This document shows, in pieces, positions 30,336 through 39,833 of a stretch of DNA of 64,000 bases (positions within the stretch are counted from its first letter, which is position 1; each line of letters starts with the position of its first letter). Origin of the DNA: Burkholderiales bacterium. GTDB lineage: Bacteria > Pseudomonadota > Gammaproteobacteria > Burkholderiales > Burkholderiaceae_C. The position numbers were made by a program, and so were the translations under genes. The notes under the pieces were generated by a model. The model ran no database searches and was not told the origin of the DNA. It saw only the letters and a program-made list of their open reading frames with translations. Location of the stretch: NCBI GenBank assembly GCA_038327405.1, contig JBBQKZ010000003.1, positions 102 through 64,101 of the forward strand, read 5' to 3'.

Positions 30336-31745
30336 TCAAGCGGTTTTGCTGATGGCAAAACTTTTCAGGTATTCAGCCGGTTTCGCCGAATCGAACTCCT
30401 TGCCCATGATGACGTGCTTGCGATAACCCGGGCCGGCGGCGAATGGCTGGCCAAGGTCCTTCATGTACTTGCGCGCATCGGTGATGAGGAACACCTTCTC
30501 GGCCACGGCCTTGTAGTCCACATCGCCTTTGACGTAACCCCAGCGTTGCATCTGCGTGAGCATCCACACGGCCATGCTCTGCCACGGCATCGGGTCGAAG
30601 TCGGCGCGCTCGGGCACGTTCTGGATCTTGCCCAGGCCGTCGGCAAAGCGACCAGTGAGCACCTGCGTGACCACGGCTTCGGGCTGGTTGAGGTACTGGC
30701 TCGGCGAGATCACTTTGGCGATCAGTTCGCGGTTCTTCGGGTCGCGTGCCATCGCGGCCGAGGTGAGCACCGCGCGGTACAACGCCGCGAAGGTGTTGGG
30801 GTTCTTCTGGATGAACTCGGTGCTGGTGCCGAAGGCGCAGCAGGGGTGGCCGTCCCACAGGTCGCGGGTGAGCACGTGGATGAAACCCACTTCGTCGAAC
30901 ACCGCGCGCTGGTTGAATGGGTCCGGGCCGAGGAAACCGTCGATGTTGCCGGCGCGCAGGTTGGCCACCATCTCGGCCGGCGGGATCACGCGCAGCTGCA
31001 CGTCGGTGTCGGGGTTCAGGCCGTTTTCGGCCAGGTAGTAGCGCAACAGGAAGTTGTGCATGGAGTAGTCGAACGGAATGCCGAACTTGAAGCCCTTCCA
31101 GTTCTTCGGGTCGCGGTTGTTCTTGTGCTTCAGGGCCAGGGTGATCGCTTGCCCGTTGATGTTCTGGATGGTGGCCACATTCATCGGGGTGGCGTTGCTG
31201 CCCAGGCCCAGGCTGATGGCCAGCGGCATCGGCGAGAGGAAGTGGGTGGCGTCGTATTCCTTGTTGATCATCTTGTCGCGCACCAGGGCCCAGCCCGCGG
31301 TTTTGGTGACTTCGACGTTGAGGCCCTGCTTCTGGTAGAAGCCCAGCGGCGCGGCCATGATCAGCGGTGTGGCGCAGGTGATCGGGATGAAGCCGATCTT
31401 CAGGTTGGTCTTCTCCAGCGAGCCTTGTTTCTCTTGCGCCATGGCCTGCAGGCTGGCCACCGGCAACACGCTGGCGATGGCCGCCATGGCCGTGCCCTTG
31501 CCCACCGCACGCAGGAACAGGCGACGTTGCTCGTCGTGCGGGAACAGTGCCTTGACCAGCGTGGCTTCAATGAACTCGTTGCTGTAGGCCTCGAACTCGG
31601 CGGTCTCGCTGCGCCGGCGCAACTCGATGGCCGCACCGTCGGCCGCCACCTCGGCGTGGTGGTCGGCGATCGTGTGGTCGCGCCCGCAGCTGCACTTGAG
31701 CATGAGCGGGCGATCTGCGTTGTAGGGATCGAAGAATTCGGACAT
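30336..31745 (-). CDS. CmpA/NrtA/CynA-family ABC substrate-binding protein
   Basis: N-terminal CSCG..H extension, RRLFLR Tat-like region, LKIGFIPITCATP, MHNFLLRYYLA, HPCC. Confidence 0.92.
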   Translation of the reverse strand: MSEFFDPYNADRPLMLKCSCGRDHTIADHHAEVAADGAAIELRRRSETAEFEAYSNEFIEATLVKALFPHDEQRRLFLRAVGKGTAMAAIASVLPVASLQAMAQEKQGSLEKTNLKIGFIPITCATPLIMAAPLGFYQKQGLNVEVTKTAGWALVRDKMINKEYDATHFLSPMPLAISLGLGSNATPMNVATIQNINGQAITLALKHKNNRDPKNWKGFKFGIPFDYSMHNFLLRYYLAENGLNPDTDVQLRVIPPAEMVANLRAGNIDGFLGPDPFNQRAVFDEVGFIHVLTRDLWDGHPCCAFGTSTEFIQKNPNTFAALYRAVLTSAAMARDPKNRELIAKVISPSQYLNQPEAVVTQVLTGRFADGLGKIQNVPERADFDPMPWQSMAVWMLTQMQRWGYVKGDVDYKAVAEKVFLITDARKYMKDLGQPFAAGPGYRKHVIMGKEFDSAKPAEYLKSFAISKTA

Positions 31746-31783
31746 GGCGAGCACCTCGTGAGTTGATGGACGAGGTGGTCATT

Positions 31784-31798
31784 GCAAGCACCGGGCCA
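31784..31798 (-). promoter_or_regulatory. Sigma54 (-24/-12) promoter of the ABC-cynS operon
   Basis: Minus strand TGGCCCGGTGCTTGC(AA), GG-N10-GC, about 40 bp before the SBP ATG. Confidence 0.85.
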
Positions 31799-31860
31799 GA
31801 TACCGGCTGGGGGTACCCGTTCATCGCCATGCATGCCAAATCGCGAGGCTCCCGCTGACC

Positions 31861-31884
31861 CCGTGTAGGGCTGGCCCTACACGG
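31861..31884. promoter_or_regulatory. Perfect palindrome CCGTGTAGGG-CTGG-CCCTACACGG (candidate UAS or hairpin)
   Basis: 10-bp perfect arms 63-86 bp upstream of the sigma54 promoter; no U-tract. Confidence 0.45.
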
Positions 31885-31904
31885 AGGTGGTCAAAACCAC
31901 CAGA

Positions 31905-32579
31905 TCACGGCTTGACGCGGTGCCGTTCTGCGTAAAGCGCGAGATCCACGTCGTTCTTGGTGCCGGTTTTCTCGAGGACGCGGGCGCGGTAGGTGCTCAC
32001 CGTGTTGGGTGCCAGACCGAGCTGCGCACCAATTTCGCTCACAGTCTGCCCCTGCGTGAGCAGGCGGTAGACCTGGTGCTCGCGGTGCGACAGGGTTTCA
32101 GGCCCGGACTGCGCGGTGGCGCTGCCCACCGCAGCGGCGAGCGCCTCGGCCGTGGCCTGCGTGAGGAACACACCGCCGCCGGCGGCCTTGCGCACGGCGT
32201 AGAGCATGTCGTCGGGGTCGGCGCTCTTGTTCAGATAGCCGCAGGCGCCCAGGCGGATGCAGCGCACCGCGTACTGTTTCTCTGGGTAGGTGCTGAGCAT
32301 GAGCACCGGCAGCAGCGGGTGCTCGCGTTTGATCGTCTGCAGCACGTCCAGACCATCGAGCCCCGGCATGGCGATGTCCAGCAGCACCAGGTCCAGCCCC
32401 TCGCTGCCGCCCAGCGCCTTCACCTGCGCCAGCACCTCATCGCCGGTCTGCGCCTCGGCTACCACCTGCACATCGGGTGCGTCGGCCAGAATTTGCTTGA
32501 GGCCCTCGCGCACGATGCGGTGGTCGTCGCCGATCAGCACGCGGATGGCTTCGGTCAAGACGTCAAAGACGGTGTTCAT
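31905..32579 (-). CDS. NarL/LuxR-family response regulator
   Basis: Receiver (DDH, LLDIAMPG, GYLNK) plus HTH (LSHREHQV..TVSTYRARVLEK). Confidence 0.93.
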   Translation of the reverse strand: MNTVFDVLTEAIRVLIGDDHRIVREGLKQILADAPDVQVVAEAQTGDEVLAQVKALGGSEGLDLVLLDIAMPGLDGLDVLQTIKREHPLLPVLMLSTYPEKQYAVRCIRLGACGYLNKSADPDDMLYAVRKAAGGGVFLTQATAEALAAAVGSATAQSGPETLSHREHQVYRLLTQGQTVSEIGAQLGLAPNTVSTYRARVLEKTGTKNDVDLALYAERHRVKP

Positions 32580-33775
32580 GAAAGGGCTCCCCGAGACATC
32601 TGGTGAGGCAGTTCGACCGTCAGGCGCATCAAGGTGCCCTGTCCTGGTGCGCTGGTGATCTGGATGTCGCCACCGAAGTGGCGAGCCCGCTCGCGCATGC
32701 CCATCACACCGTAGGCGTCGGCCGCTTCAAAGGCATGGGCCGGCGCGCCCACGCCATCATCCTGCACCGCAAGACTCAGAACACCCGCCTGCGCGGCGAT
32801 CTGCACATCAAGACAGCGGGCACGCGCGTGCCGCCCCACATTGCTCAGCATCTCCTGGAAGATGCGGAACACGCCCATGGCCAGCGGCTCGGGCGGGTCG
32901 GGCACATCGTCCACGTCCATGCACCAGTTCAGGGACATCTCGGCCGACTGCACGAACTCCTGCGCCTGCCATTCGAGCGCGGCCCACAAGCCCTGGTGGT
33001 CCAGGATGCTGGGGCGCAGGTCGGTGATGATGCGGCCCACGTTGTCCACCGCGTTCTCGATCAGGCGGCTCATGTTCTGGCACTTGCAACGCATGCGTTC
33101 GCGCATGTCGCCGGCGGCCTCCAGTGTGCGTTGTTCCTGTTCGGAGAGGCGCTTGTCCAGCCAGTTCACGTCCATCTTGAGCGCCACCAGCAGGCTGCCG
33201 AGCTCGTCGTGCACCTCGCGTGCGATGCGGGTGCGCTCTTCCTCGCGCACGGCTTCGGAGCGAGCGGCCAGTTCGCGCACCTGTTTCAGCGCTGTTGCCA
33301 GCGCGAGCGTGCGCTCACCCACGCGCTCTTCCAGCTCGTCCTTGGCGCGCTGCAGAGCGTCGGCGGCGCGTTTGCGCTCGGTGATGTCGACGAAGGTCAC
33401 GACCGCGCCGCGCACCTCACCGCCGTCGATGATGGGGTGGCTGGAATACTCCACCGGAAAGCTGGAGCCATCGCGGCGCCAGAACACCTCGGTGTCGATG
33501 CGGCAGGGCAGACCCTCCAGAAACGCCTTGAAGATCGGGCAGTCTTCCACCGGGTAGTGCGCGCCGCCGGCGTGCGAATGGTGGGTGAGGTCGTGCATGT
33601 TGCGGCCCAGCAGCTCGTCGGGCTCGAAGCCGATCATGCGGGCGCCGGCGTGGTTGATGAACACGCACAGGCCGTCCAGGTCGATGCCGAACACACCTTC
33701 GCCGGTGGAGGCGAGCAGCAGCGCCAAGGGGTCGCCCCAGGCGCGGGTGGTCGGAGCGGGCGCGTCGATCTGCAT
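32576..33775 (-). CDS. PAS-domain sensor histidine kinase (HisKA_3 type)
   Basis: PAS (FWRRDGSSFPVEY), ERTRIAREVHDELG, QEMLSNV, DDGVG, GVMGMRER; start placed at ATG 33775. Confidence 0.9.
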   Translation of the reverse strand: MQIDAPAPTTRAWGDPLALLLASTGEGVFGIDLDGLCVFINHAGARMIGFEPDELLGRNMHDLTHHSHAGGAHYPVEDCPIFKAFLEGLPCRIDTEVFWRRDGSSFPVEYSSHPIIDGGEVRGAVVTFVDITERKRAADALQRAKDELEERVGERTLALATALKQVRELAARSEAVREEERTRIAREVHDELGSLLVALKMDVNWLDKRLSEQEQRTLEAAGDMRERMRCKCQNMSRLIENAVDNVGRIITDLRPSILDHQGLWAALEWQAQEFVQSAEMSLNWCMDVDDVPDPPEPLAMGVFRIFQEMLSNVGRHARARCLDVQIAAQAGVLSLAVQDDGVGAPAHAFEAADAYGVMGMRERARHFGGDIQITSAPGQGTLMRLTVELPHQMSRGALS

Positions 33776-33878
33776 GCAGCCGTCGCACGCAATGAATGTG
33801 CCAAAGCGGTGCATGGCCGGCGAGCGGCGACAATGCGTCTCACGCCTCACGCCTTCCAGAGACCACCGGTAACCCTCC

Positions 33879-34478
33879 ATGGCCCTGTTCGACAGATTGT
33901 TCGGCGAGCGCTACACCGCCGCCCGGGCACGCAAACGCCGGCACCAGCGCGTGGGTGTGTCCACCACCGCCCGCCGCGCCGCGGACCTGCTGCGCTCCAC
34001 CACGGCACTGATCCAGCTCAGCCCCGCCGAAGCACTCACGGTGGTGGCCTACATGGAGCTGCGCCGATGCACCGAGGGCGAAGCCATCATCCGCCAGGGC
34101 CACAGCGGCGGGGACGATGGCTTCATGGCGCTGGTGATCGAAGGTGAAGTGACGGTGGAGGCCGTCACGGTCAGCCGCACCGAGCCGCTCACGGTCAACG
34201 TGCTTGGCCCGGGCCACCTGATGGGCGAGATGTCGCTGATGGACGGAGAAGCCCGCTCCGCCACCTGCACCGCGAGCACCAAGGTGCGCTGCGCCGTGCT
34301 CACCCGCGCATCCCTGCAGACCCTCATTGCCGAAGAGCCCACCACCGCCGCCAAACTGCTCAGCGCCGTGGCCCAGCGCCTGAGCCAGCGGCTGCGCGAG
34401 AACGACGCCAAGCTGCAGTTGTACGGTCAACTCGTGCTGTCGATGCAGCAGGAGATCGACCGGTTCATGCCTGGCTGA
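33879..34478 (+). CDS. Stand-alone cyclic nucleotide-binding domain protein
   Basis: GEMSLMDGEARSATC phosphate-binding-cassette pattern; no HTH seen. Confidence 0.85.
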   Translation: MALFDRLFGERYTAARARKRRHQRVGVSTTARRAADLLRSTTALIQLSPAEALTVVAYMELRRCTEGEAIIRQGHSGGDDGFMALVIEGEVTVEAVTVSRTEPLTVNVLGPGHLMGEMSLMDGEARSATCTASTKVRCAVLTRASLQTLIAEEPTTAAKLLSAVAQRLSQRLRENDAKLQLYGQLVLSMQQEIDRFMPG

Positions 34479-34535
34479 CCCCCGCGCCGCGCCTTCGGCG
34501 CGTCACCCCCTTCCAGGGGGCAACACCCGCGGCCA
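34479..34535. repeat. REP-like family C element
   Basis: CCCCCGCGCCGCGCCTTCGGCGCGTCACCCCCTTCCAGGGGGCAACAC between convergent genes. Confidence 0.55.
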
Positions 34536-34604
34536 GGCAAAGCCCGTTCCGCGCTGTTCTGGGTTGGCGTGAACCCGCGCGTTGCCAAGCACACGCCGGC
34601 CACG

Positions 34605-35555
34605 TCAAGTGTTTGGAGCGGTCTTGCTGCTCCAGATCATGGTGATGGCAAGGATGGAGAGCACCACGCCCAGAGAAATGGCGACCGGAATCTTGAACAC
34701 GTCGATCAACAGCATCTTGGTGCCGATGAAGACCAGGATCACAGCCAGACCGTAGTTCAGCAGGTGGAAGCGGCTGGCCGCGGCCTGCAGCAGGAAGAAC
34801 ATGGCGCGCAAACCGAGGATGGCGAAAACGTTGCTGGTGAGCACGATGAACGGGTCCTTGGTGATGGCGAAGATCGCGGGGATGGAATCCACCGCAAAGA
34901 TCACGTCGGTCAGGCCCACCAGGCAGATCACCATGAGCAGCGGCGTGGCGATGCGCTTGCCGTTCTCCACCGTCCAGAACTTCTCGCCGTCGAACGACTT
35001 GCTCACGGGCAGCAGCTTGCGCAGCAGCTTGAGCGCCGGGTTGTCGTCCAGGCTGGGCTCCTGGCCAGCCGCCCACCACATCTTCACGCCGGTGAGCACC
35101 AGGAAGGCACCGAACAGATAGAGGATCCAGTGGAACTCCGAGATCAGCCAGCCGCCCACCAGGATCATCACCGTGCGCAGCACGATGGCGCCCACGATGC
35201 CGATCATGAGCACGCGCTTCTGGTAGGCCGCCGGCACGGCGAAGTAGGTGAAGATGAGCAGGAAGACAAAGATGTTGTCGACCGCCAGGCTCTTCTCGAT
35301 CAGGTAGCCGGTGAGGAACTCAAGGGCCTTTTCGTTGGCGATCTCGGTCGAACCCGTGCTGTCCTTCACTGCCCACCAGAAGAAGGCGTTGAACATGAAA
35401 CTCAAGGCCACCCAGACGAGCGACCAGCGCAGCGCTTCCTTCACACCCACCACATGGGAACCCTGCTTGCTGAGCACGACGAAATCGATGAACAGGGCCG
35501 CGATGACGATCGCAACAAAAACGACCCACAGCCACAACGGGGCGATGCTTTCCAT
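34605..35555 (-). CDS. TerC/Alx family membrane protein (Mn-related)
   Basis: GYLIEKSLAVDNIFVF, DVIFAVDSIPAIFAIT, TSNVFAILGLRAMFF; ATG 35555. Confidence 0.93.
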   Translation of the reverse strand: MESIAPLWLWVVFVAIVIAALFIDFVVLSKQGSHVVGVKEALRWSLVWVALSFMFNAFFWWAVKDSTGSTEIANEKALEFLTGYLIEKSLAVDNIFVFLLIFTYFAVPAAYQKRVLMIGIVGAIVLRTVMILVGGWLISEFHWILYLFGAFLVLTGVKMWWAAGQEPSLDDNPALKLLRKLLPVSKSFDGEKFWTVENGKRIATPLLMVICLVGLTDVIFAVDSIPAIFAITKDPFIVLTSNVFAILGLRAMFFLLQAAASRFHLLNYGLAVILVFIGTKMLLIDVFKIPVAISLGVVLSILAITMIWSSKTAPNT

Positions 35556-35584
35556 GAAAAACCTCAGGTTTGGTGTTGAAGGAA

Positions 35585-35720
35585 CACCCCAAGGTCTTGC
35601 CATGGCCGCACGGTGTGCGGTTGGAGATTTCCGGCGACCGTCAGGCCGCGTATTGACGAAAACCCCACCCGCCGAGGCCCGGCTGTGCGCCGGGTGGCAG
35701 GTTGACTACTCCCCTTGAAG
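35585..35720 (-). ncRNA. yybP-ykoY (Mn2+) riboswitch
   Basis: Minus strand AAGGGGAGTAG...CGTCAATAC...GGCAAGACCTT conserved elements directly upstream of a TerC/Alx gene. Confidence 0.85.
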
Positions 35721-35799
35721 GGAAGCGAGATTGTGGTGGCGAAACACAAGTTCCACCAACTGAACAATCCTCAGGTTTTTCCTGAAGGTCCTGAGTTGA

Positions 35800-36846
35800 T
35801 CAGGCGGCTTCCTTGTAGAAAAGCTCTCGCTTGAGGCTGCGCGGGGCCAGCGGCTCCACGCTCTGGTGGATGGCCGCGATGTGCTCGGGTGTGGTGCCAC
35901 AGCAACCACCCACGATGTTGACCAGGCCCTCGGCCGCGAACTCGCGCAGCAGGCGGCTGGTGTCCTCGGGCGTTTCATCAAACCCGGTGTCGCTCATGGG
36001 GTTGGGCAGGCCGGCGTTGGGGTAGCAGCTGATGAAGGTGTCGCCCGCGACCTTGGCCAGCTCCTGGATGTAGGGGCGCATGAGCGCTGCACCCAGCGCG
36101 CAGTTCAGGCCCACGGCCAGCGGCTGCAGGTGGCGCACGCTGGCCCAGAAGGCGCTGACGGTCTGGCCGCTGAGGATGCGACCCGAGGCGTCGGTCACGG
36201 TGCCACTGATGATCACCGGCAGGCGCTCGCCACTGTTCTCGAAAAACTCGTCGATCGCGAACAGCGCGGCCTTGGCGTTGAGCGTGTCGAAGATGGTCTC
36301 CACCAGCAACACGTCGGCCCCGCCTTCGACCAGCGCCTCGATCTGCTCCAGGTAGGCCGCGCGCAGTTGCTCAAACGTCACGTTGCGCGCGCCGGCGTCG
36401 TTCACGTCGGGGCTGATGCTGGCCGTCTTGGGCGTGGGGCCGAGCGCGCCGGCCACGAAACGGGGCTTGTCGGGCGTGCTGAACTTGTCGCAGGCTGCGC
36501 GGGCGATCCGTGCCGAGGCCAGGTTCATCTCGCGCGCCAGATGACCCATCTCGTAGTCGTCCTGCGCGATCGTGGTGGCGCCGAAGGTGTTGGTCTCGAT
36601 CAGGTCGGCACCCGCAGCCAGATAGCCTTCGTGGATGTCCTGGATCACGTCGGGGCGCGTGAGGCTGAGCAGCTCGTTGTTGCCCTTCACGTCCTTGTGG
36701 AAGTCCTTGAAGCGCTCACCCCGGTACTGCGCCTCGCCCAGCTTGAAGCGCTGGATCATGGTGCCCATCGCGCCGTCGAGGATGGCGATGCGGTGTTTCA
36801 GGATCTCTGGCAGCGCTGTGGCGCGGGTGTAGGCGGGGGAAGTCAT
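35800..36846 (-). CDS. metH: Methionine synthase, N-terminal homocysteine-binding domain (split metH)
   Basis: [44 protein letters not shown]; stops after the Hcy domain; ATG 36846. Confidence 0.93.
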   Translation of the reverse strand: MTSPAYTRATALPEILKHRIAILDGAMGTMIQRFKLGEAQYRGERFKDFHKDVKGNNELLSLTRPDVIQDIHEGYLAAGADLIETNTFGATTIAQDDYEMGHLAREMNLASARIARAACDKFSTPDKPRFVAGALGPTPKTASISPDVNDAGARNVTFEQLRAAYLEQIEALVEGGADVLLVETIFDTLNAKAALFAIDEFFENSGERLPVIISGTVTDASGRILSGQTVSAFWASVRHLQPLAVGLNCALGAALMRPYIQELAKVAGDTFISCYPNAGLPNPMSDTGFDETPEDTSRLLREFAAEGLVNIVGGCCGTTPEHIAAIHQSVEPLAPRSLKRELFYKEAA

Positions 36847-36925
36847 GCCCGGATTGTAAGAACCGGTCGGGACGGGAGGCCGCAGCCGGACGGGCGGCCT
36901 CAGGCTTTCCCCGACAATAGCCCCC

Positions 36926-37344
36926 ATGAAACACCTCACGCCCCAGCAGGCCTGGGCCTGGCTGCAGGCCGAACGCGAGCAGCGCGAAGCCCGCGGCGAA
37001 GCCGCACCGCTGTTTGTGGACGTGCGCATGGAAATCGAGTCGCTCTACGTGGGCCGCCCGCCCGGTGTGGAGAACATCCCTTGGTACGAATACCCCGACC
37101 TCACGCCCGACCCGGTGCGCTTTGCGCAAGCGGTGGAGCAGGAGGCGGGCGACAAACAACGCCCGGTGCTGCTGATCTGCCGCAGCGGCAAGCGCACGCA
37201 GGACGCCGGCAAGGCACTCGAAGCCGCCGGGTTTTCCGAGGTGGCGCACGTGGTGCACGGCTTCGAGGGTGAGCTCAACGAAGACTTCAAGCGCTCCAGT
37301 CTGAACGGCTGGCGCCACGATGGACTGCCGTGGGAGCAGATGTA

Positions 37345-37345
<1 letters not shown>
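36926..37345 (+). CDS. Single-domain rhodanese-like protein
   Basis: [29 protein letters not shown]. Confidence 0.88.
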
Positions 37346-39252
<1,907 letters not shown>

Positions 39253-39427
39253 GCGCACCGGGCGCGTTCAGGCGCTGAAGACCACCATCGGCTGACAGGC
39301 GCCACCGTTCATCGCAGCGGGCCGTTTTCCGGGCCCCTGGCGCTCAAGAATGCGCACCGTCTGACGATGCATGAGGTGTACCCGGGGTTCGTTCCCCTCA
39401 CCCCGAACATCTCGAACGGAGCACCGC

Positions 39428-39772
39428 ATGTTTTCCTGGCTGGCCTGGATGGGCAAAAGCAAAAAGGTTCAGTACCACGACACGCAAGTGCTGGAGCTGG
39501 ATTTTCTGGTGGACGAGTTCCACGCTGCGATGGCCGACATCCAGGATCCGATCCGCGTGCGCATTCATGCAGCGCTGCTGTCGTGCCAGAGTCCCAAGGA
39601 CCTCTGGTTTCTGCGCAGCAAACTCTTTGGCCTGATCTCCAAACACCACTGTGAGAGCGTGGCCAACACGCGCATCGGTCGACTCGACCAAAAGCTGCGC
39701 TTTTTCGTGGACAACCACCCGGACTACTCTTCCGACGAGTTGCCCAGCAAGCCCATGACGCTGTTGCACTGA
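39428..39772 (+). CDS. Hypothetical protein (114 aa)
   Basis: ORF from ATG 39428 (DLWFLRSKLFGLIS..H) followed by a terminator. Confidence 0.7.
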   Translation: MFSWLAWMGKSKKVQYHDTQVLELDFLVDEFHAAMADIQDPIRVRIHAALLSCQSPKDLWFLRSKLFGLISKHHCESVANTRIGRLDQKLRFFVDNHPDYSSDELPSKPMTLLH

Positions 39773-39790
39773 GCCACGCGAACTCCCCAA

Positions 39791-39821
39791 GAGAAAGGCC
39801 CCTTCAAGGGGCCTTTCTTCT
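39791..39821. terminator. Bidirectional-type terminator
   Basis: AGAAAGGCCCCTTCAAGGGGCCTTTCT between convergent genes. Confidence 0.75.
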
Positions 39822-39833
39822 GGCTGATCGGGA

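Noticed and set aside
28608-31745. Assimilatory nitrate transporter (nasFED)
   Set aside because: No nitrate/nitrite reductase is nearby and cynS is in the same operon; nitrate transport is not excluded, but cyanate is more parsimonious.
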